From Solirubrobacteraceae bacterium (GTDB taxonomy: Bacteria > Actinomycetota > Thermoleophilia > Solirubrobacterales > Solirubrobacteraceae): DNA of 64,000 nt. Both the position numbers and the translations under genes were made by a program. Under the pieces are notes generated by a model, which made no database searches, was not told the DNA's origin, and worked only from the letters and a program-made list of their open reading frames with translations. The stretch spans positions 1,690-65,689 of the forward strand of contig DASXNB010000004.1 in assembly GCA_036495305.1 (NCBI GenBank). The letters run 5' to 3'. How positions within the stretch are numbered: position 1 is the first letter of the stretch; each line of letters starts with the position of its first letter. Shown here in pieces: positions 18,682-30,090 of the stretch.

Positions 18682-19398
18682 TCAGCCCAGCCCGTCACCG
18701 CGGGAGTGCGGGCCGAGCTCGAGCGCCGCTCTCAACGTGAGCGCCGCTCGCTCGGGGTCGCGGGCGTCGGAGATGGCGCGCAAAACGCACACGCGGGAAG
18801 CGCCCGCGTTGAGCACCTGGCTGACATTTTCTGAGTCGATACCGCCGATGGCGAAGAAGGGGACGTGGGCGTGGGCTGAGGCGTAGGCCACCAGCTCCCT
18901 ACCGACGGGGATTCGGCCTGGCTTCGTAGGCGTCGCGTGGACGGGCCCGACACCGATGTAGTCCACATAGGGGGAGCCGTCAGGAGAGGTGGGGAGCGCC
19001 GTGTCGATCTCCGAGGGGGCGTGGGTGGAGAGTCCCACGAGCATGTCGGGGCCGACGATCTTGCGGGCCTCGGCCACCGAGATGTCGTCCTGCCCGAGGT
19101 GTACCCCGTCGGCGCGCACCGCGGCGGCGATGTCGGGGCGGTCGTTGAGAATGAACAGCACGCCGTGCGCGTCGCAGGCATCGGCGGCGACGGAGGCGGC
19201 TTCGGTTAGGAACTCGTCCTCCAGGTTCTTCTCACGCAGTTGCACCACGTCCACCCCACCGGCGATGGCGGCGGCGAGGAACTCAAAGAGGTCGCGTTCG
19301 CCGGGCATGCAGTCGCACACCAGGTACAGGCGGGCGGCGGCAAGACGCGCGCGGCGCTGCTCGCCATTGGGATCGGGGACGGGCCGCAGGTGGGCCAT
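18682..19398 (-). CDS. thiE: Thiamine-phosphate synthase
   Basis: LYLVCD, VVQLREK, GVHLGQDD, IGVGPVHATPTK, FAIGGI. Start trimmed to ATG 19398. Confidence 0.9.
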   Translation of the reverse strand: MAHLRPVPDPNGEQRRARLAAARLYLVCDCMPGERDLFEFLAAAIAGGVDVVQLREKNLEDEFLTEAASVAADACDAHGVLFILNDRPDIAAAVRADGVHLGQDDISVAEARKIVGPDMLVGLSTHAPSEIDTALPTSPDGSPYVDYIGVGPVHATPTKPGRIPVGRELVAYASAHAHVPFFAIGGIDSENVSQVLNAGASRVCVLRAISDARDPERAALTLRAALELGPHSRGDGLG

Positions 19399-19516
19399 GC
19401 GCGCAGTCTGACACTTGCGGGGGGATGTTCCGGAGTTGATCCATATCGCGGTTTGGCCCGGCGGAGGTGTATAGGCACAGAGGAGCCGCGGTGGGGTGCC
19501 CTCTAGCATCAGAACC

Positions 19517-20715
19517 ATGCACACAGGTGAAGGCTCAACAGTGGACGTGGCGATCATCGGTGGGGGGATCGTCGGGTTGTCGGTGGCCTGGAAGGCGCGG
19601 GGGGTGGGGATGTCCGTAGGGGTGTACGAGCGGGGGGAGATCGGAGGGGGCGCGAGTCACGTGGCGGCAGGGATGCTGGCGCCTGTCGCGGAGGTGGAGT
19701 TCGGTAAGGCGGGGCGCGGGGTGCTCGATCTCGGGTTGCGCTCGGCAGCGATGTGGCCCGCTTTCGCGGCTGCCCTGGAGCGCATGAGTGGGACCTGTGT
19801 GGAGTTGCGTAAGACCGGGACGCTGGTGGTGGCCCGCGACGAGGACGAGGCGCGGGAGCTCGAGCGCCAGCTCGCTTTCCGCGAGTCGCTGGGGGTATGC
19901 GCGAGGAGGCTGCGGGCAAGCGAGGCCCGCGAGCACGAGCCGGCGCTCGCCCCAACGGTGCGCTTGGCGTTGCATGCCCCCGACGATCACAGCGTCGACC
20001 CACGCAGGGCGGTGGAGGCGTTGCGGCTGGCATGTGAGCGGGAGGGTGTGGAGATGCACGAGCACACCCCCGCGCGAGTGAGGCTCGACGCGGACGAGGC
20101 CCGCGCGGTTGGAGTGTTTTTGGGGAAAGAGGCATCGTGCGAAGCGGTGAGCGCACGCGAGGTGGTGGTGGCAGGGGGAGCGTGGAGTGGGGAGTCATCA
20201 ATTGGACTACCTTCGTGCTTGGGGGTTCCCGTGAGGCCGGTGAAGGGTCAGATCCTGCGACTCCGCGATCCTGCGGGACCCGGGATGCTCGGAGGGGTAG
20301 TGAGATTCGAGGGCGGCTATCTCGTGCCCCGCGGCGATGGGGGATACGTGTTGGGTGCCACCATGGAGGAGCGTGGGTTCGAGCCGAAGGCCACCGCCGG
20401 GGGTGTGTACGAGCTGTTGCGCGACGCCCATGAGCTGGTGCCCGGCGTCAGCGAGCTTCAGATCGAGGAGTTGGGTGTGGGGTATCGCCCGGGCACACCC
20501 GACAACGCCCCGCTGATCGGCAGAGCCGCCGTGGAGGGGTTGACGTGGGCGACTGGGCACCATCGCAACGGGATACTGCTCGCGCCGCTCACCGCCGAGC
20601 TTGTAGTGGCTTCGCTCACCGGTGACGCAAAGCACGAGCAACCGCTCTCGGTGTGCGATCCAACTCGGTTCCGGGAGCCCGCACACACCACACGGCACGA
20701 TGAGATTCTCTCTTC

Positions 20716-20719
<4 letters not shown>
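19517..20719 (+). CDS. thiO: Glycine oxidase / FAD-dependent oxidoreductase
   Basis: DVAIIGGGIVG dinucleotide fold; sits upstream of thiS-thiG. Start uncertain (GTG 19496, ATG 19517, or GTG 19541 with the best SD). Confidence 0.85.
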
Positions 20720-22184
<1,465 letters not shown>

Positions 22185-22317
22185 CGATGGTCCTTTCTCG
22201 ACGGGTCTCTGCGCTCAGCCTAACCGAGCCTGCACCCGCCACGCGCGGGTGTGCGTGCACCCGGTCGCCCTCGCAACGTTCGGTGGAGGGGGCAGGCCGC
22301 CTACACTGGTCCGTCCT

Positions 22318-23247
22318 ATGCGACCCCGTCATTTCCTCACAGGCGCCGAGCTTGACGCGGCCGAGCTCGACGCGCTGCTCGACCGTGCGATCGAGCTGAA
22401 GGGCGCCCCGCTCTCCTCACGCGCGCTTGCCGGCCGCGGCGTTGCCTTGATCTTCGAGAAGCCTTCTACGCGCACGCGGCTCTCCTTCGAGATGGGGGTG
22501 CACGAGTTGGGGGGCCATCCGGTGGTGTTGCGCTCGGGTGAGATGCAGCTCTCGCGGGGGGAGTCGCCGCGGGACACCGCGCTCGTGCTCTCCCGCCAGG
22601 TGGCGGCGGTGGGTATCCGTACCGGTCCACACGCGCTCGTGGAGGAGGTTGCGCGGTATGCGGAGATCCCCGTCATCAACATGCTCACCGCCCTCCACCA
22701 TCCCTGCCAGGCGCTTGCCGACTTGATGACCGCACGCGAAACGTTCGGTGAGCTCGCCGGACTGCGGTTGGCGTATGTTGGCGATGGCACGAACATGGCC
22801 CGTTCGCTTGCGATCCTCGGATCGCTCGCGGGCATGGACGTGGCGATCGCCTCCCCGGAGGGGTATGCGCTCGAGGATGACCTCTCGTTGCCGCCGGGCG
22901 CGGAGGGGTCGCTCACGCTCTACCGCGACCCCCGCGAGGCGGCGAAGGGAGCGCACGTGTTGTACACCGACGTGTGGGTGAGCATGGGCGACGAGGACAC
23001 CGCAGAGGAGCGCCGCGCGGCGCTGGCTCCCTACCGCCTCGACGACGCTCTACTTGACCTAGGTGCGGACGGGGCGATAGCGCTGCACTGCCTCCCCGCC
23101 CACCCCGGCGAGGAGATAACCGCCGAGGTACTCTACGGCTCGCGCCAGCGCATCTGGGATCAGGCGGAGAGCCGCCGTCATGCGCAGAAGGCGTTGTTGG
23201 AGCTGCTGGTGGAGCCGGCGTCGGTATACCCCCTGGGGCACAGGTGA
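22318..23247 (+). CDS. argF: Ornithine carbamoyltransferase
   Basis: STRTRLSFE, HPCQALAD, WVSMG, HCLPAH. Start trimmed to ATG 22318. Confidence 0.9.
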   Translation: MRPRHFLTGAELDAAELDALLDRAIELKGAPLSSRALAGRGVALIFEKPSTRTRLSFEMGVHELGGHPVVLRSGEMQLSRGESPRDTALVLSRQVAAVGIRTGPHALVEEVARYAEIPVINMLTALHHPCQALADLMTARETFGELAGLRLAYVGDGTNMARSLAILGSLAGMDVAIASPEGYALEDDLSLPPGAEGSLTLYRDPREAAKGAHVLYTDVWVSMGDEDTAEERRAALAPYRLDDALLDLGADGAIALHCLPAHPGEEITAEVLYGSRQRIWDQAESRRHAQKALLELLVEPASVYPLGHR

Positions 23248-24875
23248 GCGCTCCCGTGCAAGCGGGAGCGAAGCTCGCCGCCAACGGCCTCGATACTGGC
23301 GAGGACCCTGGCGGGCAGGCGCTCCCCAAACGGCCCGAGCGGGGCGATGAGATCGAGTTGCACATCGATTCGCTCGCCCACGGCGGCGAGGGAGTGGGTC
23401 GTCTCACCCTTCCGGGTACCCCCCATGACGGGGGGCAGGCAGGCGGCGATACCCCATCCGGGGCACACGGCGGCGGATACGTGGTATTCGTCTCGGGTGC
23501 ACTGCCCGGCGACCATGTGAAGGCGCAGATAGTCAAGCGCAAGCGCAGCTACGCGCACGCGCGACTTGTGGAGATCGTGCAGGAGAGCCCCGAGCGTATC
23601 CCCCCCACCGCAAAGCACCCGGGGGTGGCGTGGCAGGTGTTGCCCTACGAGCGCCAGCTGCAGATCAAGAGTGAGCAGGTGGAGGATGCACTGCGGCGGA
23701 TCGGCAAGCTCGACGGCTTTGAGATGCAGGAGATCGTCCCGGCGGTGGAGCGGTGGCGCTACCGCAACAAGCTGGAGTATTCGTTTGGGAAGGGCCCCGA
23801 CGGAGAATTGGTGTGCGGCTTTCACGCCCCGTCGGGTTGGAACGCGGTGGAGCAGATCGAGGATTGTTTGCTCGCGTCTGAGCGTGGCAACCAGGCTCGC
23901 GAGCTTGCGCTGCGGTGGTGTCGCGAGCAGAATCTGCTCCCCTGGAGCCGGGGCGGGCGCCCTGGCGGTGGGCGGGCGCAGTTGGAGGATCTCGGCGGAG
24001 ACCCCGTTGACAGCGAGAGTCCTCAGCGGCGCTCGCGCGAGGAGCGCACTGGCCCCGCACCCGACGGGAGACCTTTCCTGCGCAACCTCGTGGTGAGAGA
24101 AGGCCGCCACAGCGGCAGGTTGCAGATCCGGTTGGTGAGCACCGATGGCGAGTTGGACGTGCCAACGCTCGCGGCGGCGCTCGTGGCGGAGTTGGGCGAG
24201 GAGACTGTGAGCGGGGTGCTGTGGACACGCTCCTCATCGCTCGCCGAGACCACGATGGGAGGCGAGACGGAGCTCGTGTGGGGCGAGGCCGAGTTGCCTG
24301 AGCGTCTCGCCTATCCCGCCCTTGGGAGGGAGCTCGACCTACGGATCTCCTCTGAAGCGTTCTTCCAAACGAACACCGAGATGGCGGAGGCGCTGTACGG
24401 GATCGTCACCGATTACGCCGCTCTGGAGGGGTGGGAGCGTGTGTATGACCTCTATTGCGGGATCGGCACGATCGCACTCACGCTCGCCCCCCACGCCGGT
24501 GAGCTGTGGGGGATCGAGATCGTGGAACAGGCCGTGGCGGACGCAATCGCGGCGGCCAAGCGCAACGAGGTGACCAGCGCGCACTTCTTCGCCGGCGACG
24601 CCCGCCTCGCGCTGCCTGAGCTACTCGAACGTGCCGGTAAGCCCGACGTGGTGGTGGTGGATCCGCCCCGCGCGGGCCTCTCGCAAAAGGTGGTGCGCCG
24701 CATCATCGACGCCTCGCCCAAGCGCATCGTCTACGTCTCCTGCAACCCCACCACACTCGCCCCCAACGCCGCGCAACTCGTGGAGGCGGGCTGGCGCCTG
24801 GTGAAGGTCCGTCCGGTGGATATGTTCCCGCAGACCCCCCACATCGAGTGCGTTGCGATGCTCGAGCGGGGGTAG
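23244..24875 (+). CDS. 23S rRNA / tRNA (uracil-5)-methyltransferase family (TRAM + SAM MTase)
   Basis: TRAM-like N-terminus; FFQTN, DLYCGIGT, VVVDPPRAG, YVSCNP. Two insertions, one of which is the mini-element. Confidence 0.85.
   Translation: MSAPVQAGAKLAANGLDTGEDPGGQALPKRPERGDEIELHIDSLAHGGEGVGRLTLPGTPHDGGQAGGDTPSGAHGGGYVVFVSGALPGDHVKAQIVKRKRSYAHARLVEIVQESPERIPPTAKHPGVAWQVLPYERQLQIKSEQVEDALRRIGKLDGFEMQEIVPAVERWRYRNKLEYSFGKGPDGELVCGFHAPSGWNAVEQIEDCLLASERGNQARELALRWCREQNLLPWSRGGRPGGGRAQLEDLGGDPVDSESPQRRSREERTGPAPDGRPFLRNLVVREGRHSGRLQIRLVSTDGELDVPTLAAALVAELGEETVSGVLWTRSSSLAETTMGGETELVWGEAELPERLAYPALGRELDLRISSEAFFQTNTEMAEALYGIVTDYAALEGWERVYDLYCGIGTIALTLAPHAGELWGIEIVEQAVADAIAAAKRNEVTSAHFFAGDARLALPELLERAGKPDVVVVDPPRAGLSQKVVRRIIDASPKRIVYVSCNPTTLAPNAAQLVEAGWRLVKVRPVDMFPQTPHIECVAMLERG
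23405..23478 (+). repeat. In-frame GC-rich mini-element, copy 4 (about 1.5 units; LPGTPHDGGQAGGDTPSGAHGGG)
   Basis: GGTACCCCCCATGACGGGGGGCAGGCAGGCGGC is about 88% identical to the fadE-like copies. The following GATACCCCATCCGGGGCACACGGCGG matches the 5' part of those copies. Confidence 0.85.
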
Positions 24876-24886
24876 TCTTCGCGACC

Positions 24887-25825
24887 ATGCGCGCAGCCAT
24901 CGTCCGTGACGGAGAGGTTCACGTAGAGGATCGACCCGACCCCGTGCCCGGCGCTGGCGAGGTGCTCGTACGGGTACGCGCGGCGGGATTGAACGGCGCC
25001 GACATGATGCAGCGGCGCGGGCTCTATCCCGCGCCGCCCGGCTCACCGGCCGACATTCCTGGGTTGGAGTTGGCTGGCGAGGTCGCGGCGCTCGGACCGG
25101 GCGCGACGCGCTTTGCCGAGGGGGATCGCGTGATGGCGATTGTCGGCGGTGGGGGGCAGGCGGAGTTGGCGGTGGTGCACGAGCGCCAACTCATGCCCGT
25201 ACCGGCGGCGCTGGATTGGGCGCACGCGGGTGGAGTGCCAGAGGTGTTCACCACAGCCCACGACGCGCTCTTCACACAGGCCGAACTACGCCCCGGAGAG
25301 CGGCTGCTCGTGCACGGCGGCGCCGGTGGGGTAGGGACAGCGGCGATCCAGCTCGGCAAAGCAACCGGTGCGCGCGTGACGGCGACGGTGCGCCGCGAGG
25401 AGATGAGAGGGCAAGTAGCGGAGTTTGGCGCCGAGGCGATCGCGCCGGAGAGTTTTGCCGGGGAAGGCCCCTTCGACGTGATCCTGGAGCTGGTGGGAGC
25501 GCCCAACTTCGAGGAGAACATGACGGCGCTGGCTACCGGTGGGCGTATTTGCGTGATTGGGGTGTCGGCGGGCGTGAAGGCGGAGCTGAACCTATTGGCG
25601 CTGATGGGCAAGCGGGCACGCATCCACGGCTCTACATTGCGTGCCCGACCGCTCGAGGAGAAGGCGTGCGCGGCAAGGGCGCTGGAGCGCGAAGTGCTAC
25701 CGCTGTTCGACTCCGGCGCCGTCACCGTGCCACTGGCAGAGACCTTCCCACTCGCAGAGGTCGCGACGGCCTACGACCGTTTCGCGGAGGGCGGAAAGCT
25801 CGGCAAGATCGTGCTGACGGTCTAG
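24887..25825 (+). CDS. NAD(P)H:quinone oxidoreductase (MDR/zeta-crystallin family)
   Basis: GLNGADMMQRRGLYP, VHGGAGGVGTAAIQL. Start trimmed to ATG 24887. Confidence 0.85.
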   Translation: MRAAIVRDGEVHVEDRPDPVPGAGEVLVRVRAAGLNGADMMQRRGLYPAPPGSPADIPGLELAGEVAALGPGATRFAEGDRVMAIVGGGGQAELAVVHERQLMPVPAALDWAHAGGVPEVFTTAHDALFTQAELRPGERLLVHGGAGGVGTAAIQLGKATGARVTATVRREEMRGQVAEFGAEAIAPESFAGEGPFDVILELVGAPNFEENMTALATGGRICVIGVSAGVKAELNLLALMGKRARIHGSTLRARPLEEKACAARALEREVLPLFDSGAVTVPLAETFPLAEVATAYDRFAEGGKLGKIVLTV

Positions 25826-26479
25826 CTAATACGGCGGTTGCGCCGCGTACCACTCCCCGAGCGCGCGGAAGGCGTCCCAGAAGGCGCGCTTTGTGTCCTG
25901 CTCGTCGAGGGAGTCGTCGATGTTGGGGACGTAGAGGGCGTCGATGGAGGGCGTGAATTGCTGGACCTCGCCGGGACGCGCTTGCAGTGGACGGGAAAGG
26001 GGGATGTCGAGGTCGCCCAGCACGGTAAGGGCCTCGGGTCCCATGACCACCACGATGCGGGGTTGGACGATGGCGATCTCTTCGGTGACGCGCGCGATAC
26101 ACGCCGGATCGGCTAGCGAGGAATCGGCGAGCGGACACTTGACGCAGAGCGTGCCGTAAACCGCCAGTGGGTCGATGGAGAGCCGCTTGAAGGACTTCAT
26201 CAGCGCGGAGCCGGAGCGGCCGTAGAAGGCGACGCCCTCCTCGACCTCGGAGGGGAGGGGGGAGTACTTGAGCAGCATGATGTCGGCCTGGGGGTGGCCG
26301 GAGCCGAGGACGGGCATGAGGTGTCCGCGGGGGCAGTGCGGGCACGACTGCAGCTCGCGTGTGAGGGAGTTGAGCTCTCGTATCGCCCGCTCGAGGTACT
26401 TCTCGCGGATCTCGTCATCTGTGGCGGGCATGGACGCGGAGGGATTTGACGGCGGCTCCGGTTGTCCTTGCGCGTGCAT
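25826..26479 (-). CDS. Uracil-DNA glycosylase superfamily protein (family 4/5-like)
   Basis: CxxCP ... GSGHPQADIMLL ... FYGRSGSAL pattern. Start uncertain (26527, 26479 or 26431). Confidence 0.6.
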   Translation of the reverse strand: MHAQGQPEPPSNPSASMPATDDEIREKYLERAIRELNSLTRELQSCPHCPRGHLMPVLGSGHPQADIMLLKYSPLPSEVEEGVAFYGRSGSALMKSFKRLSIDPLAVYGTLCVKCPLADSSLADPACIARVTEEIAIVQPRIVVVMGPEALTVLGDLDIPLSRPLQARPGEVQQFTPSIDALYVPNIDDSLDEQDTKRAFWDAFRALGEWYAAQPPY

Positions 26480-26504
26480 CAGTAGTTGCGCCGTCGTGGG
26501 CGGC

Positions 26505-27947
26505 CTATGTCCTGCCTCCGCCCCCACGGGTGGCTTTGCGGACGCGTCGCTCGCGCGCGGCGCGGCGGGCGGAAGGGGGGGTGGCTTTGGTTTGCAGGAA
26601 CTTGAGCGCTTGCACGTAGATGAGGGAGGTGGGCTTGGTTGTGATTTGGGCGTCCATCAACGACTGTAGGAACTCCTGGGGGCCGTCGAAGTCGTGCATG
26701 CGGATGCGTACAGATCCGAGGCCCTGGGCTACGTGGGAGTCCGAGCCGGCGCCCGCGACGAGGCGGTACTTGGCGGCGAAGCGGACGGCCTCCTCGTTGA
26801 AGGAGCCAATGGCGACACGGGGGTTGAAGACCTCGATGGCGTCGACGTCTGGGAGGATTGATAGGAGGTGGTGGTAGTCGGGGACAGAGTGCATACGGTC
26901 GAAGGGGTGGGGGACGTACACGAGGCCACCCTGGCGCTTGATCTCCGCGACCGTCTCCTGGAGAGTGAGCCCGCGGGGGATCTTCTCCTCGATGAACAGT
27001 CCGATGACCTCGCCCTGGTTGGCGGTCTTGACCTCCTCGCCCACAATCACCTTCATGCTTGCGGCGGCGGCCTTTTCACGGGCCTCTAAGGCCCCGGAGA
27101 TCTCATTGTGGTCGGTGACCGCGATCGCCCCGAGCCCGGCTTCTTTGGCTGAGGCGAGGAGTACCTCGACGGGGGTTTCGCAGTCGTGGGAGTGGTCGGT
27201 GTGCATGTGCAGGTCGACGTCGACGAGAGGGCGGCGCGAGAGGAGGGTGCGGAGCGTTGGGTCGCCTTCGGTGTCGTGGCGACGGGAGGCGAGCTCGCGG
27301 TAGAGCTGCTCCAGGGCGTCTGTGGCGGCGGAATCGTCGGCGATCACTTGGTAGTCGCCGGGGAAATGACGGCTCATCAGCGCCGCGGTCTCTGGGAGGG
27401 AGGCGATGCGGGCGTCGAGTCGTCCGAAGAAGGTCTCCACGAAGCGTCGGGCGAGCAGCGTGGAGAGCACCCGTTCGGTGGGAGCGTGGAAGGAGCCGAC
27501 GTTGAGTGCGCGGGAGTAGCGCAGTGCCGTGGAGGAGGCGGAGGGGGCGAAGGGCTCGTGGACGTGTACGAAGTCGAGCGGGAGACGGGTGAGTAGATCC
27601 TCGAGTGTGCGGGCGACATCGACGGGGAGGGCGCGCGCGGGGCGGCCGGTGGTGGAGGGAACGTCGAGGACCTCGCCGATGGCGATGACGCGGGGTTCGC
27701 CACCGGAGGAGCCTTCGAGCAGCGACTCCGCGCCGCCGGGGTCGGACTTGGTGGCGCGCAGGGAACGCCGCGACTCGCGCACACGCTCGGGCGAGCGGGA
27801 GGGCGCGAGGACTAGCACCCTGTGGCCGCGTGCGGAGAGCTCGGTGCAGACTCTCGCCACATGCGCATTCACCGCGTTGTCTTGCGCCTCCCAGGGGTAG
27901 GGGGTGACGTGGGCGATCGAGAACGGCGAGGCCATCGGCCTAACCAT
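26505..27947 (-). CDS. Fusion protein: GT4 N-terminal-like domain + PHP metal-dependent phosphoesterase domain
   Basis: N-terminal half resembles the N-domain of PimA-type GT4 enzymes (IAHVTPYPW, GHRVLVLAPS, FVHVHEPF). C-terminal half has PHP motifs (DLHMHTDHSHD, VTDHN, GEEV, VPHPFD, GSDSH). Confidence 0.7.
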   Translation of the reverse strand: MVRPMASPFSIAHVTPYPWEAQDNAVNAHVARVCTELSARGHRVLVLAPSRSPERVRESRRSLRATKSDPGGAESLLEGSSGGEPRVIAIGEVLDVPSTTGRPARALPVDVARTLEDLLTRLPLDFVHVHEPFAPSASSTALRYSRALNVGSFHAPTERVLSTLLARRFVETFFGRLDARIASLPETAALMSRHFPGDYQVIADDSAATDALEQLYRELASRRHDTEGDPTLRTLLSRRPLVDVDLHMHTDHSHDCETPVEVLLASAKEAGLGAIAVTDHNEISGALEAREKAAAASMKVIVGEEVKTANQGEVIGLFIEEKIPRGLTLQETVAEIKRQGGLVYVPHPFDRMHSVPDYHHLLSILPDVDAIEVFNPRVAIGSFNEEAVRFAAKYRLVAGAGSDSHVAQGLGSVRIRMHDFDGPQEFLQSLMDAQITTKPTSLIYVQALKFLQTKATPPSARRAARERRVRKATRGGGGRT

Positions 27948-27980
27948 TATGGCCCCGTCACGCTCTCTCGGAGCGACCTC

Positions 27981-28006
27981 GCGCGCACGCGCGCGCGAGT
28001 CACCCC
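27981..28006 (-). repeat. REP-like element copy
   Basis: The reverse complement GGGGTGACTCGCGCGCGCGTGCGCGC is almost identical to 54055..54080. Intergenic, between the ino1 stop and the PHP-fusion start. Confidence 0.8.
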
Positions 28007-28039
28007 TTTCGTATTACTTGGTCCGCGCCCTTTCTCGCA

Positions 28040-29260
28040 CTACTTAGTCCGTGTCCGGACGGCCCCTGCACGAGCGGGAGTGGCCTTGCGTGGCGCCGTG
28101 CGACCCTTGGGATGCGTGGCGGTTTTACGGGAGTGCTTGGCGATGAACTTCTCGGTGTCCTCGCGGGCGATGTTGTCGGGGCGCTGGTTGTGTGGGGACT
28201 TCATGAGGTATGAGGAGGGGCCGTCGAGCTGGCCACCGACGCCGTTGTTGAGCGCGAGCTTGCAGCAGCGCACGGCGTCGATGACGATGCCGGCGGAGTT
28301 GGGGGAGTCCCACACCTCGAGCTTCATCTCGACTGTGAGGGGGACGTCGCCAAACGCTTGGCCCTCGACGCGGATGTGGGCCCACTTGCGGTCGGTGAGC
28401 CACGGGACGTAGTCGGAGGGGCCGATGTAGACATCCTCGGGCGGGAGCTGCTCGTCCATGATGGAGGTGACGGCGTTGGTCTTTGAGATCTTCTTTGACT
28501 CCAGGCGCTCGCGCTCGAGCATGTTGTAGAAGTCCATGTTGCCGCCCACGTTCAGTTGGGAGGTGCGGAGCATCTTCACGCCGCGGTCCGCGAAGAGACG
28601 GGCGAGGGTGCGGTGGACGATGGTGGCGCCGACCTGGGACTTGATGTCGTCGCCGACGATCGGGAGTTTGGCCTTCTTGAAGCGCTTGTCCCAGTAGTCC
28701 TCGCGGGCGATGAAGACGGGGATGCAGTTGACGAAGCCGCAGCCGGCGTCGAGGATCTGCTCCACATACCACTTGGTGGCGTCCTCGGAGCCGACCGGGA
28801 GGTAGGAGACGACCACGTCGGTGTGGGTGTCCTTCAAGATGCTCACGATGTCGGCGGTCTCGCCGGGGGCCTTTTTGATCTTCTGCTTGAGGTACTTGCC
28901 CAGGCCGTCGTGGGTCATGCCGCGGTAGACCGGGACACCGAGGTTCTTCGGGACCTTGGCGAACTTCATCGTGTTGTTCTGCCCGGCCCAGATGGCTTGC
29001 CCTAGGTCCTTGCCGACCTTGGTGGCGTCGATGTCGAACGCGGCTGTGAATTCGATGTCGCTGATGTGGTAGCCGCCGAGGTCGACGTGCATGAGGCCCG
29101 GTACGAGCTCGTTGGGGTCGGCGTCCTTGTAGTAATGGACGCCTTGCACGAACGCGGAGGCGCAGTTGCCGACGCCGATGATGGCGACGCGAACCTTGTC
29201 CTGCTGATAACGGGCCGCGCCGTTGGAGGAGGGGGCGCCGTTGCTCTTTTGAATGCTCAT
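28040..29260 (-). CDS. ino1: myo-Inositol-1-phosphate synthase
   Basis: [46 protein letters not shown]. Confidence 0.93.
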   Translation of the reverse strand: MSIQKSNGAPSSNGAARYQQDKVRVAIIGVGNCASAFVQGVHYYKDADPNELVPGLMHVDLGGYHISDIEFTAAFDIDATKVGKDLGQAIWAGQNNTMKFAKVPKNLGVPVYRGMTHDGLGKYLKQKIKKAPGETADIVSILKDTHTDVVVSYLPVGSEDATKWYVEQILDAGCGFVNCIPVFIAREDYWDKRFKKAKLPIVGDDIKSQVGATIVHRTLARLFADRGVKMLRTSQLNVGGNMDFYNMLERERLESKKISKTNAVTSIMDEQLPPEDVYIGPSDYVPWLTDRKWAHIRVEGQAFGDVPLTVEMKLEVWDSPNSAGIVIDAVRCCKLALNNGVGGQLDGPSSYLMKSPHNQRPDNIAREDTEKFIAKHSRKTATHPKGRTAPRKATPARAGAVRTRTK

Positions 29261-29394
29261 CTAATGCTCAATCCTTTGTGGAAGTTCGGGGAGAGTACCC
29301 CGATGCGAGTCTTGGGTGACAGATGGTGGGGATGTGCTCCGCCCTTGCGGGCTACGCCGTGGCGTGCCCGTAGGCGATTCGGCGGTGGGTGGCG

Positions 29395-30072
29395 TCATGC
29401 GGGAGAGGAGAGGGCGCGCTTGACGTGGTGGATGCGCTGGGCGACGGTGACGACGCTGAGCGCGGCAAGCACGTAGACGGCGGGGGCGAGCAGTTGGAAG
29501 TCGCCGAGCGAGGCGCCGCGCGCGAAGAGTAGGCCGATCGAGAGGATGACGACGCGGACGGGGCGGGTGGCGATACCGACCTTGCATTCGACGCCAAGCG
29601 CCTCCGCGCGGGCGCGGGTGTAGGAAACCATCAGGGAGGCGAGCACCGCGACCACCACGGCGGCGGCTGCCCCGGCGCGTCCTTCGCGGGCGAAGTCGGC
29701 GGCGACCGCGGTGAGGACGATGCCCTCCTCGATGCGGTCGAGGGTTGAGTCGAGGAAGGCGCCGAAGGGGGTGCCCTTGCCCGACATGCGCGAGTAGCGG
29801 CCGTCGAGCGTGTCCATGACGGAGCCGACGATGAAGGCGATACCGCCGAGGAAGTAGAGGCGTTCCCAAACCAGCGCTGCCGCCACGACGTTGAGGAGGA
29901 GGCCGGTCATGGAGATCGCGTTGGGGGTGAGGCGCGACTCGATCAGGCGGTTGCGGACCATCTCGCGACGTTGCGCTCCCGTGAGCGCGACCCGCCCATT
30001 GCGGGGTGTGCGTGCGGCGCCCGCGCGACGTCGCGTGGTGGACTGCCTGTGTGATGGAGGGGATGTGGTCAT
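29395..30072 (-). CDS. CDP-alcohol phosphatidyltransferase (phosphatidylinositol-phosphate synthase-like)
   Basis: DxxDGxxxR...GxxxDxxxD motif (DTLDGRYSRMSGKGTPFGAFLDSTLDRIEEG); adjacent to ino1. Confidence 0.8.
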   Translation of the reverse strand: MTTSPPSHRQSTTRRRAGAARTPRNGRVALTGAQRREMVRNRLIESRLTPNAISMTGLLLNVVAAALVWERLYFLGGIAFIVGSVMDTLDGRYSRMSGKGTPFGAFLDSTLDRIEEGIVLTAVAADFAREGRAGAAAAVVVAVLASLMVSYTRARAEALGVECKVGIATRPVRVVILSIGLLFARGASLGDFQLLAPAVYVLAALSVVTVAQRIHHVKRALSSPA

Positions 30073-30090
30073 CTAGTTGCGGCTATGACC

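Noticed and set aside
19399-19516. Expected TPP (THI-box) riboswitch in the divergent thiE / thiO-thiS-thiG spacer.
   Set aside because: GGGGTGCC is present at 19493-19500. However, I could not find the CTGAGA and ACCTGATC..GGGA cores in the correct order on either strand. An Rfam RF00059 covariance search would settle it.
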